A DNA stretch of 64,000 bases. Source: a virus. Position numbers and translations under genes: made by a program. Where the stretch lies: IMG/VR virus record IMGVR_UViG_3300037264_004862, positions 1 to 64,000 of that record; one strand, 5' to 3'. Below are positions 9,961 to 18,427 of the stretch, one piece after another (position 1 is the stretch's first letter; the number at the start of each line of letters is the position of its first letter). The notes below the pieces were generated by a model, which saw only the letters and a program-made list of their open reading frames with translations, ran no database searches and had not been told where the DNA came from.

Positions 9961-10720
9961 TGGTCCATTACAGCTTTCTTGCTCCCAGTTCGCCTACTAC
10001 TTAATCGTAGATCAGCGCCTGCAAGAAAGCTCTAACGAGCCATAGAGCTATCTGCTCAGGCTCAACGCCCGAAGGCGGTTAAAATTGAACGGTCTTGGTT
10101 CATTACGGGATAGTGACTAAGCCCCATATTGGAGCCAACTAGCAGGAAGGCACGGTCAGTCTTTAACTGGCCTCGCCAAGGGAGCGACCCTTGGCTTAAC
10201 CTCGCTACCTGTCACTACCACCTAACGAGCCATAGAGGCTCAACGCCCGAAGGCGTGTTCAGCCGTTAACGCTGGCTGGCGGGGCCTTACGGTCAATAAG
10301 AGGTTATGCCCAGACCTCACCCCGTTTGTCGCTAGGACCTAAGGCTTTACTAGTCGGGGAAACCTAGTAAAGCCAAAGTGAAAGATGTGGCCTCATTTCA
10401 CCTCTTGGGAGTGTTAGGGGCCTCATGATCCCTCAAAAGCACCTCGGCCTCTATCCGTTTCCAGGTCGAGTCAGGGACCAACGCCGTTTCTGTTTAACAC
10501 CCAACCTCTATTCTGTATTGGGCGCAAAGAGCAAGTCACCTCGGGGCTGCCGAGCGGTGCGTGGAGCGAGCTGGCTAAGCCAGACCGTTAAGGTCCCCAA
10601 CGCACGTGTTGACGGGGAAGGAGGCTCCACCGGGAGGTACCTTCGCCCAAGCTCCACACAGGAGCAAGTCAAGCGGTGAAACTCCAAAACCAACGTTACC
10701 GATGCATACTCCACCTCCTC
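9961..10720 (-). ncRNA. candidate large structured non-coding RNA (about 750 nt)
   Basis: Coding-poor gap in a gene-dense region; many long stems (9972/10031, 10175-10195, 10343-10374, 10561/10629); duplicated C(UUCG)G-capped double-hairpin module. Confidence 0.55.
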
Positions 10721-10734
10721 GATTCCAAAGTGTG

Positions 10735-10908
10735 TTACCCTAAGATTTCAAAATGTGCAGGATTCGAAATAACTTCCGCCACTTCCGCCGAAAAATCATC
10801 GTCGACATGAAAGGTCTCTTGGGGAGGTTGCTCGGCGGCGAGGAACCAAATTTGATACCTCGCGTTCGTACCCCTATCCCACCACGGACGGTGAATATGC
10901 GCCATCAT
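10735..10908 (-). CDS. 57-aa protein with FHVDDDF motif (not in ORF track)
   Basis: ATGA overlap with upstream gene; MMAHIHRPWWDRGTNARYQIWFLAAEQPPQETFHVDDDFSAEV...; stop codon lies inside the GTAACACAC motif. Confidence 0.6.
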   Translation of the reverse strand: MMAHIHRPWWDRGTNARYQIWFLAAEQPPQETFHVDDDFSAEVAEVISNPAHFEILG

Positions 10909-11120
10909 GCGCTTGGTGGCACCTGGTCGTAGAAGCTGGTAAGAGACTCGATGTCACAGGTACGAACGAATGAATCACTTCCCTCCACCAACCAAGCATC
11001 TGAGTGCTCGGGGTGTCTCTCTTTAAGGATAACCAGGCTTCCTAGGTTCAACCCATGCCCAGTTGAATCTGAGACGACCCCAACAACCATTCCAGGCACC
11101 GGATTTTGAATCATTTTCAC
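10905..11120 (-). CDS. small SH3-like protein
   Basis: PVPGMVVGVVSD...GSLVIL...WLVEG...DIE. Confidence 0.55.
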   Translation of the reverse strand: MKMIQNPVPGMVVGVVSDSTGHGLNLGSLVILKERHPEHSDAWLVEGSDSFVRTCDIESLTSFYDQVPPSA

Positions 11121-11431
11121 TCCTCGCTGACTTCACTCTCCACAACTATAACACCCCAACCGTTAAGATCATCAACCATACCGAACTCGTCGTCGACATG
11201 AAACTCGGTAAGGGAGTCAGGAGGTGAACACCAACGACACAATCTGATTTCGACATCACATTCACGGTCAATGAGACATTCAGCCTTGTTGTGATACTTC
11301 TTAGCAACTAGGCGCTCGGCCTCATCTTGAGAAGGCTCATGTAAAAGAATTTCTATGAGGTGTGTGTTACTCTCTCCATAATCAACATCTCGCGGGTTCT
11401 TCCAAATTGCGTTCACAATCCAAACTTTCAT
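11117..11431 (-). CDS. hypothetical protein with FHVDDEF motif
   Basis: GGAGG RBS before MKVWIVN. Confidence 0.6.
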   Translation of the reverse strand: MKVWIVNAIWKNPRDVDYGESNTHLIEILLHEPSQDEAERLVAKKYHNKAECLIDRECDVEIRLCRWCSPPDSLTEFHVDDEFGMVDDLNGWGVIVVESEVSEE

Positions 11432-11664
11432 GCTCCCTCCGAGCCGGTGTCCACGAAATGTTTCATGAGGAGGATCGAGAGGAGCAACATTAGTCTCCGC
11501 ATGGACAACCTCCTTGTAAAAAATTTTAGGTTCCTGGCAATTCAAGCAACTTCATTGGAGGCTAGACCCGTTGTTCTTGCAACTGGAGCATCCCGGGCAC
11601 TCGATCCAGGTCCAGAGGTCTTCCATCCAGACGAACCCGGCGCCCGAACAAACGTCTGCGTTCA

Positions 11665-11964
11665 TCACGGCGTGTGAAATACCTCGCATCCTTCGATGGT
11701 GAGGCCGTGGGTGCAGTCCCAACCCCGGTCACTCCAGCTGTGCTCCTTGCGGTGGGGCGCGTGGACGTGAACCGAGTTGTCCTTCATGAAGGCGATGGAG
11801 TACTCGGCCTCCTGAAGAATTGCCGCCAGCTGGATGAGGTCCGAAGCTGACGCCTGTCGGCCTTCGATGGTCACGACCCTGAGGTCGACATCTCCATCGA
11901 ATGACGTGTTTGGGACGAGCCCAAACCGTTTCGCCTGTTCAGCCACGAATTCTTTCGCGGTCAT
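11665..11964 (-). CDS. hypothetical protein
   Basis: AGGAGG RBS immediately after a motif copy. Confidence 0.65.
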   Translation of the reverse strand: MTAKEFVAEQAKRFGLVPNTSFDGDVDLRVVTIEGRQASASDLIQLAAILQEAEYSIAFMKDNSVHVHAPHRKEHSWSDRGWDCTHGLTIEGCEVFHTP

Positions 11965-11979
11965 TTTGCCTCCTGTGTG

Positions 11980-12270
11980 TTACGCTTTCTTCAAGTGAAG
12001 TTTCAAGTGACGGATATAAACGTAAACTTGAGGTGAGTCCGGCTCAAAACCGTCATCGACATGGAAAACATCAAGATTGATGGAGGTAACGAGCTCAACC
12101 TTATATACGTAGCCTACTAAGAAGGGTGTTGCGAGGTCGATTGGGCCTTCGACTATACGGAGGGAGCTCCCATCAGGAATGTTTCTATACCAGTTGTCTA
12201 TCGAACTTTTCTCACAGACACAGCAACCTTCCTCGCATTTTGTCCAAATGACTAGGTCACCTGTCTTCAT
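11980..12270 (-). CDS. KOW/SH3-like protein with FHVDDGF motif
   Basis: MKTGDLVIW start; GGAGG RBS. Confidence 0.6.
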   Translation of the reverse strand: MKTGDLVIWTKCEEGCCVCEKSSIDNWYRNIPDGSSLRIVEGPIDLATPFLVGYVYKVELVTSINLDVFHVDDGFEPDSPQVYVYIRHLKLHLKKA

Positions 12271-12681
12271 TGTTAAGCCTCCAAATGTGAATATGACAGG
12301 TGTGTTACTCCGGGACCCCGATCGGCTCCTTGGGGAAGGCTAGCTCATACGTCAGGCTGAACAGGTGGTGGGCGCACCGCTCGATGTCGATGACTCTGTT
12401 GCTTGCTTTGACCATGTTTCCGGCTTTCATTTGTAGTAAGACTTCTTCGCACAGGAGCTTGATCTCTTCGATTCTTTGCTTGGCGGCGTCCATGTTTCCT
12501 CCAACAAAATACTGAAGGTGTGTTACATCGAATGGCCTGAAATAATGTTTGTTGACGGAAAGGATGAGTGGAAACCATTTTAGGGGAAGCATTATGGCAT
12601 TAAGGTGGTTGGTGGGGAACTTTCGCCTGACCTCACCCTCCCACGAAACCCCTTTCCGCGCGTTTCCTTGGGGCTCCCCTT

Positions 12682-12864
12682 TTACTCGGGAAGTCTGGGG
12701 GCCTCCCAATCAGCCCCGATGAGGTCCAACGTCTCCATCAAATGCCCTGACTCCAAGGCCTCGTACCGGCCACACATGGCCCTGAGTTCATCAAGGATGG
12801 AAAGCAGAGAGCTCCCAAACTCATCATCGGCATGAAAGTTCTCTGGCATTGAAGGTCTGGGCAT
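12682..12864 (-). CDS. small protein with FHADDEF motif
   Basis: AGGAG RBS; ENFHADDEFG. Confidence 0.55.
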   Translation of the reverse strand: MPRPSMPENFHADDEFGSSLLSILDELRAMCGRYEALESGHLMETLDLIGADWEAPRLPE

Positions 12865-12885
12865 TTTTGGGGTCTCTCCTAAGAA

Positions 12886-13320
12886 TTAAACTCTCTTCGG
12901 CTTCCGACCGATCGACACAACCTGAAATGGCTTGGAGCTCTTCATCCACTCAGCGTACGGCAAGGGGCCAGGCCTGAGACCGTCCAACACCGCATCAGGG
13001 TCGTAGACCATGCCATCGTGAAACGCAACGGCATGAGAGCAGCTGCAGAAGGTAACAAGCAAAATTCCGCGTCCACTCAAGTTTGGTGAGGCTGTGCTTG
13101 CGGGGAGAGGTAAGGCCCCCCGGAATAATTGCAACAGTTTGGTTGTCCACGGGAACAACTCCGCTGCTTGATCGTTCGCTTTAGTCAGACCAAGCGTCTG
13201 TTCTATGCGGTTGAACTCACGCTCAAGGTCCTCGTAGTCACGCTGGGACACGTCTTCTACAGCGCAGATCGCCGCAAGGTAGCATGCGTTGTTACGTGCA
13301 GACTTCTTAATGTCCTGCAT
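12886..13320 (-). CDS. papain-like (C39-like) cysteine peptidase-fold protein
   Basis: N-terminal ACYLAAI cysteine helix; SHAVAF histidine strand; VYDPD. Confidence 0.55.
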   Translation of the reverse strand: MQDIKKSARNNACYLAAICAVEDVSQRDYEDLEREFNRIEQTLGLTKANDQAAELFPWTTKLLQLFRGALPLPASTASPNLSGRGILLVTFCSCSHAVAFHDGMVYDPDAVLDGLRPGPLPYAEWMKSSKPFQVVSIGRKPKRV

Positions 13321-13353
13321 GTCTCCCCTCCAATGTGTGGTACCAAATTCAAA

Positions 13354-13429
13354 TGGTGCCTTGGGTGAGAATTGAACTCACAACTCCTTGGTTAAAAGCC
13401 AAGTACTCTACCAATTGAGTTACCAAGGC
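13354..13429 (-). tRNA. tRNA-Lys(UUU)
   Basis: GCCTTGG/CCAAGGC acceptor, CTTGG-CTTTTAA-CCAAG anticodon arm, TTCAATT T loop, encoded CCA. Confidence 0.95.
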
Positions 13430-13430
13430 A

Positions 13431-13516
13431 TGGTGGACCTGGAGGGATTCGAACCCCCGATGTCTTGCGACGGCGGCTTATGAGGCCGCTGCTCTTGGCC
13501 ACTGAGCGACAGGTCC
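13431..13516 (-). tRNA. tRNA with CAU anticodon (Ile2-like or elongator Met) and a long variable arm
   Basis: GGACCTG/CAGGTCC acceptor, GCGGC-CTCATAA-GCCGC, 14-nt variable region with GTC-GCAA-GAC hairpin, GTTCGAATC, CCA. Confidence 0.9.
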
Positions 13517-14213
13517 GTGTGTGTTACGCTCTTGGGGGCCACTTACGTTATAGGAAAGCTCGAAGTCATCGTGGGGAGGGGAATCCTATAGAGGCTACCT
13601 GTGTGTTACATCGAAGTCAAACATCTTGTAAGAAGTCTAAATTAAGACTTCAAGTTCAAGATGCGATAAAAGGTGGCAGGCCAGTTCCCTTGGCTTCAAG
13701 GGACACTCTTCTGAGGTCCTTCCTCACCTGCCACCCTCTCCTCCACTCCGGGTTCAGGCTCTTCCCTCCCCGGCCAGCTTTCAAAATATTTCGTGGGTGA
13801 GATATCGGTCACCCACGCCGGGTTCGGGTCATGAGCACCTACCCGGAAGATTTCTGACCACATGTGTGGTACATCAAATTTTACTAAGAAAGTTTCTGTG
13901 AGGGGGCCTGATACTGCGTGATCGAGGTGTAGGTGTCCAGAGTCGGGTTGAAGCAGCCGCTGATTTGTTCGCTGACACGCTTCTTGGCCTTGATGATGGC
14001 CTTGCTCAGGGCCTCATTGGAGTCTTCTGCCTCCACCGATTCAGACACCCGAACCTTGAAAACCAGAGAGACGCTGAAGGATGGCATGTCTTCCCTCCAA
14101 ATATGAAAGCAAGTAGAAAGCGGATGTTGCCGGAAGGATGCCAAGGTGAACGAAGTTCAGGTGTGGTACTGAAATGCCCTCTGAGCCCATCCAAGCGGGT
14201 GAGCTTAAAGGAC

Positions 14214-14235
14214 GGGGGGTCCTTGCGGACCCCCC
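14214..14235 (-). terminator. strong GC hairpin with GCAA tetraloop after the GC-rich gene
   Basis: GGGGGGTCC-GCAA-GGACCCCCC on the minus strand; weak U tract. Confidence 0.5.
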
Positions 14236-14260
14236 ATCAGGAGCATCAGGTGTGTTACGA

Positions 14261-14707
14261 CTACTCCGCCTCGACCTCCTCGGCGACCTCCTCGGCGACT
14301 TCGGCGTCGGCCTCGGGCTTCGCGGCCAGCTGCTTGGCCTTGAAGTCCGCGAGGAGCTTCTTCTGGGCGTCTCGGGTCGCCTTGCGCGCCGCCGACTTGC
14401 AGCCCTCGCAGGTGCTCACCTGGAAGAGATCGCTGGTGAACACCTCGCGGGTCGCCTCGCACCCCTTGTCCTCGGGGTCCGTGCAGGTGATCGTCGCCAC
14501 CTGCTTGTTCTTGATCGCGTCGAAGCGCACGGAGCCCTTGATCACGTGCGGGTACTTCGCCTCGATTTCCGCCGCGCCCATCCGCCGCGAGCGACCCTCG
14601 CTCTTGATCGCGGACTTGAGCTGCTTGACCTGCGCCTCGCTCAGCCCCATCGACTTCGCCACGGAGTCGATGTCCTGCGAGGTCTTCGCGACCTGCGCGC
14701 TGTCCAT
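14261..14707 (-). CDS. basic/acidic protein with possible Zn site and strongly GC3-biased codons
   Basis: GGAGG RBS; CTDPEDKGC...CEGC; Ala/Lys-rich helix and Glu-rich tail. Confidence 0.75.
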   Translation of the reverse strand: MDSAQVAKTSQDIDSVAKSMGLSEAQVKQLKSAIKSEGRSRRMGAAEIEAKYPHVIKGSVRFDAIKNKQVATITCTDPEDKGCEATREVFTSDLFQVSTCEGCKSAARKATRDAQKKLLADFKAKQLAAKPEADAEVAEEVAEEVEAE

Positions 14708-15254
14708 GCCAACCTCCACAAAAAGGGAACACCAAAAACCCGACCGCGACATGCAAGCCGGGACGCACGATCTTTCGCCAAGAGCCACCCTATCCGGGCG
14801 GGACAGGGCGCGGAATCATGGGCGAGAATCCCCGCCGCTCGGTCACCCCCCACGGCCCAAGGCCGCGTGGGTGCGTTGTTGACCTAATCACCCCATCACG
14901 GGCGAACGACGCCACAATCATATGCACACATCTATGCTTGGGGGCGCGGGGGATTATCGCGTATACTATGGGGGGACCCGTAAGGGAGTATGGGGGGAGG
15001 GGGGTCGGATTGCTCCTTCGTACGCGATATATTTCCGCGCCGAATCTTCAGAATGTTGTGGGGGATTAAACTGCTATTACCTTAGTAATCTCAGGAATAG
15101 AAGTCATAATCTCATTCTCGATACCCATCTTCAGCGTGCGCACCAATTTCCACAAAAAAGCCGTGCCGTATTTTGTTATATTGTTTTAGTACCCATTCAT
15201 CTTGACCATGTGATGATTTAGAATTATTCACAAAAATTTTTTAATAAAAATGTA

Positions 15255-15557
15255 TTACTTAATATTATTAAATCTTATGTGATGGAACCAACTTAAATAC
15301 AGTTCAAGTTTATTAAAGAATTTGGGGTCAGCCGCCATTAACTGTCCTGGAGAATAATTTATGCAAGGAGTGGCCCCCATCCTAAGATATACACTATCAT
15401 CCTTAATAATCACTAAACTAAAAGTATCATACCCCTTAATTATACTAAAGATAGCTGGAATGTTATCGTCGTAGCCACATGCATAGGCTTGGTTTAATGA
15501 ATTATCTTTCAACCAATTACTAATAATATTTGGAAGCAACTCACGATAATGAAACAT
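15255..15557 (-). CDS. LIxxWL...DPxFF family protein
   Basis: NIISNWLKD ... MAADPKFFNKLE. Confidence 0.8.
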   Translation of the reverse strand: MFHYRELLPNIISNWLKDNSLNQAYACGYDDNIPAIFSIIKGYDTFSLVIIKDDSVYLRMGATPCINYSPGQLMAADPKFFNKLELYLSWFHHIRFNNIK

Positions 15558-15592
15558 GTACGTTTCATATACTGTAGAAGAGTATATAAATT

Positions 15593-15820
15593 ATGAAGAC
15601 AAAATCTCGATTCGAAATTTTCTCGCGCAGGTCGAACAGAGGGTGGCAACGTCTACTACCGGCGATTCTCCGTAAAACTTGTTGGTATTGGCGACTTGTC
15701 GCCGCTAACGGTGAAATTATAGCTGTGGGGACTGAACCATTCGCATCCAAAGAGAATACAGAACGCGCCATTGAAGTTGTACGCCACCACGTCGCTAAGG
15801 CGGAAGTCATGGTGAACTAA
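15593..15820 (+). CDS. YegP/DUF1508-family protein
   Basis: WYWRLVAANGEIIAVG.E.F.SK....RAIEVVR. Confidence 0.8.
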   Translation: MKTKSRFEIFSRRSNRGWQRLLPAILRKTCWYWRLVAANGEIIAVGTEPFASKENTERAIEVVRHHVAKAEVMVN

Positions 15821-16061
15821 GGAGTGCTTCCAACTTATTGAAGCATTCTGGATCACTGACCTCGAGTTTGTAACATATCGTGCAATCCCCCACGAACCTT
15901 GATACTTCTATTTGGGTATTCTCAGGTCTTGTTAATACAAGCCAAGGCTGAGAAACATTTTTAGGTACCCAAAATGCATAATCCAGAAAGCAGCAGGCCG
16001 TTATTAAAATTCCTCTCTCTTGAAGCCATTGTCTGAGAAGGGTGTCTAGTTCAAGACTCAT
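15807..16061 (-). CDS. LIxxWL...DPxFF family protein
   Basis: TLLRQWLQERG ... VSDPECFNKLE. Confidence 0.8.
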   Translation of the reverse strand: MSLELDTLLRQWLQERGILITACCFLDYAFWVPKNVSQPWLVLTRPENTQIEVSRFVGDCTICYKLEVSDPECFNKLEALLSSP

Positions 16062-16356
16062 TCAATACTCTTTTTAGTTTAGGAAAACATTCTGGATCCC
16101 TACTATCTAAGATGGTACGCGTGACATATGTATAATCTTTATGTCTGGCACAAATACAACAAGGGCAAGATACCATTATCTCTATATCGGGGTTTAAAGA
16201 CCAAGTTCTGATCATTTTAGATTCGTTTTTGTGGACCTTAAACAATTGGTAGTTGGTGGGCGTTTGATCTATAGTAAAGGTATAATCATTTTCTGTGAGC
16301 CAGTCACGCATTAGCTCCCACATCTCAATGGTATCTTTATACTTGTCTGTCTTCAT
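16051..16356 (-). CDS. LIxxWL...DPxFF family protein
   Basis: ELMRDWLTEND ... SRDPECFPKLK. Confidence 0.75.
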   Translation of the reverse strand: MKTDKYKDTIEMWELMRDWLTENDYTFTIDQTPTNYQLFKVHKNESKMIRTWSLNPDIEIMVSCPCCICARHKDYTYVTRTILDSRDPECFPKLKRVLNES

Positions 16357-16505
16357 ATATGTCGCATTTAGTACAGGCTGTCTGGAGATGGAGCGTAGCA
16401 TTATCTAGCTGCTTTATTAGAAGCCCCCCACATCCAAGATGCTCAGGATAATATCTCCGGGCTATCTCACTATCAGGAGCTATATAGGTACCTTTTCCGC
16501 ATTTC

Positions 16506-17078
16506 TTACAGGGCTTGGTAATTTGGCGGGTAATGAAATTGAATGTTAGAGTACGAGTCCACGGGTGCGAACACGACGAAGATTGTTCCTGTGCCCTTGA
16601 TAGGTCCATTTATTTTATATCCGTTAAATAAACAATTATAAAAGTTGATGGAGGGACCACCTTGTGGTGATAGAATCTGTAAACCGCCGTCTGTAGGAGC
16701 ATAATTTATAGGTGGCTGAGGGTCCCTATTTAAATACTGCTCCATCTCTTCGAAGAAGGTGGGGTGCCCTGCCATAATAGTTTTAACGGGTGGTCCAGTG
16801 AAGGTGAGGTCCTGGAGCCCCATGAAATTTGAAATTTCTATTTTAGTTGAAGTAATCTGGACTTTGTTGGTAGTGATTAACATATATGAAATACACTTTG
16901 GGCTATAGCTAGGCTCTACCTGGTATATGGGGTAACCGTCCATCTTGGGGTCATAAGGCTCTACCTGGTATATGGGGTAGCCATCAACGACTGCGATTGT
17001 CTTAAAATTGAAATTTTTCTCTATTAACCACCCTATGACAATGTCCCATAACAGATGGTCGTTATTCCAGTCACTCAT
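16506..17078 (-). CDS. LIxxWL...PxFF family protein with internal repeat and C-terminal extension
   Basis: DIVIGWLIEKN ... AGHPTFFEEME; DGYPIYQVEP occurs twice. Confidence 0.7.
   Translation of the reverse strand: MSDWNNDHLLWDIVIGWLIEKNFNFKTIAVVDGYPIYQVEPYDPKMDGYPIYQVEPSYSPKCISYMLITTNKVQITSTKIEISNFMGLQDLTFTGPPVKTIMAGHPTFFEEMEQYLNRDPQPPINYAPTDGGLQILSPQGGPSINFYNCLFNGYKINGPIKGTGTIFVVFAPVDSYSNIQFHYPPNYQAL
16911..16979. repeat. 24-nt direct repeat, 45-nt period, inside a paralog
   Basis: aggctctacctggtatatggggta at 16911 and 16956. Confidence 0.85.
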
Positions 17079-17386
17079 GATAAATATGCCTTAAGTTGTT
17101 CGAAGATGGTGGGGTCCCAAGCCTGAATTTCAACAATTCCGGGCCGTGGGGGTCCAGGAAGCCCTATCTGTATCTTGTCTTTTAGAATCATCATCCCACG
17201 TTTTTCTACCCCAGCTGACAATGCAATAGGGAAAGAGACTGGGACCACCGCCTTGAGTCCATTAAGTGGACATTGAACATAAAGGAGCACGAAATCTGAG
17301 TAATTTTCAAATTCGTAATTATAGCCATTATCGTCCAACCATAAGTCTATTAAGTCAAATAAATTATATTTCTCGCTACTCAGCAT
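17075..17386 (-). CDS. LIxxWL...DPxFF family protein
   Basis: DLIDLWLDDN ... QAWDPTIFEQLK. Confidence 0.8.
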   Translation of the reverse strand: MLSSEKYNLFDLIDLWLDDNGYNYEFENYSDFVLLYVQCPLNGLKAVVPVSFPIALSAGVEKRGMMILKDKIQIGLPGPPRPGIVEIQAWDPTIFEQLKAYLS

Positions 17387-17606
17387 TTAGACCCTGCTTG
17401 GCGTGCCACACTGCAATAGATGGTTCCCAAGCAACCTCGGCGCATTTTGCATGAGCTGGGGCTACAAACAATTCTATGCCTTGAAGCTTAGGGAATTTAG
17501 TAAAGCGTATTGCCAATAGGCAGCATTCTTCATCTTTTAAAAAGTCTGCTTTACAGATAAGACACGACTTTATGGCTTCGTCATCTTCATATTTAAATGT
17601 TTTCAT
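17376..17606 (-). CDS. small Cys/His Zn-binding protein
   Basis: CLIC ... HAKC. Confidence 0.55.
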   Translation of the reverse strand: MKTFKYEDDEAIKSCLICKADFLKDEECCLLAIRFTKFPKLQGIELFVAPAHAKCAEVAWEPSIAVWHAKQGLNAE

Positions 17607-17683
17607 ATTTTGCGCCTCGGGTCACTAAGGAGCTCTTTACATTCTTTATGGGCGTTTTCGTAGTTCAGTCGTCTAATCAAATA

Positions 17684-18427
17684 TTACTTGATTTCCGTGA
17701 GCGCACGGACGTTCGACGCGTCGGCGTTCGCGGCGTGCAGCGCGTAGAGCCGCGCGCTGCCGGTGACGATCGTCACGCGGTAGTCGCGGCGCGCGTCGTT
17801 GTCCGATTCGCGGAGCAGGTCCAGCATGTATCGCGCGAACGCGTCCGCGAGCGTCGCGCGATAACGCCGCGCGTAGCCGTCCATCGTTTCCTTCGTGTAT
17901 GCGCCGTCGTTGTCGACGTGCCACGAGCAGTTGTCGCCCATCGGACACATCGGATCGCCGCACGACCAGCTGATGCGTGCCGTCGGGTCCAGGCAGAAGC
18001 GCAGGTCGACGTCCCGTCCCGCGTGGACGTTCTCCGCGCGAAGGCGTAGGAGGTACCACCGCGCCTTCTTCTCGTCCAACGGATGCGCGGTGCGCGTCGC
18101 AGGGTTCCAGTAGTCCACCCACGCGTCGTACGGCGCGAGATAGCGGTCGACGAGCGCCTCGCCGAGCAGCGCGCGGGCGTCCACGACGTCCCGGCGGATC
18201 TCCTCGCGGCGCGATAGCGAAGTCGGTGCAAGCTGCGCCGGGTGTAGCGCGTAGGGCGCTGATTGCTTTACTCGCTCGGCTTCCCAATCAATCGCCGCTT
18301 CCTGCGCGGCCTTCGCCTTGCGCGGCTTCACCACGCCGAGGATTAGATACATCATGCCGCCGAGCGTCACGACGACCGCGAGGGTCGTCAATAGCTCCTT
18401 CCACGCGCGTTTTAGGTCGGGAGACAT
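17684..18427 (-). CDS. membrane-anchored hypothetical protein in GC-rich island
   Basis: GAGGAGG RBS; N-terminal TM segment; CGDPMCPMGDNCSWH. Confidence 0.7.
   Translation of the reverse strand: MSPDLKRAWKELLTTLAVVVTLGGMMYLILGVVKPRKAKAAQEAAIDWEAERVKQSAPYALHPAQLAPTSLSRREEIRRDVVDARALLGEALVDRYLAPYDAWVDYWNPATRTAHPLDEKKARWYLLRLRAENVHAGRDVDLRFCLDPTARISWSCGDPMCPMGDNCSWHVDNDGAYTKETMDGYARRYRATLADAFARYMLDLLRESDNDARRDYRVTIVTGSARLYALHAANADASNVRALTEIK

Larger units (their letters stand above)
4314..14258 (-). promoter_or_regulatory. dispersed co-oriented motif GTA(A/C)CACA(C), about 16 copies
   Basis: Plus-strand TGTGTTAC at about 4316, 5530, 6686, 8458, 9947, 10731, 11363, 11976, 12301, 12519, 13520, 13602, 14251 and TGTGGTAC at about 13336, 13865, 14162; not seen elsewhere in the window. 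Confidence 0.8.

Noticed and set aside
9961-10720. tmRNA, RNase P, tRNA-Sec, group I/II intron or hammerhead identity for the structured region
   Set aside because: No GGGG...CCA tmRNA ends, no GAGGAAAGUCC, no UCA anticodon arm, no recognisable intron or CUGAUGA core.
4314-14258. GTAACACAC copies as a CRISPR array
   Set aside because: The repeat is only 8-11 nt, spacing is irregular (about 80-1800 nt) and the intervening DNA is protein-coding; no cas genes are present.
13965-14887. Long plus-strand ORFs (305 and 237 aa)
   Set aside because: Antisense shadows of the GC3-rich minus-strand gene, which has the RBS and the codon bias.
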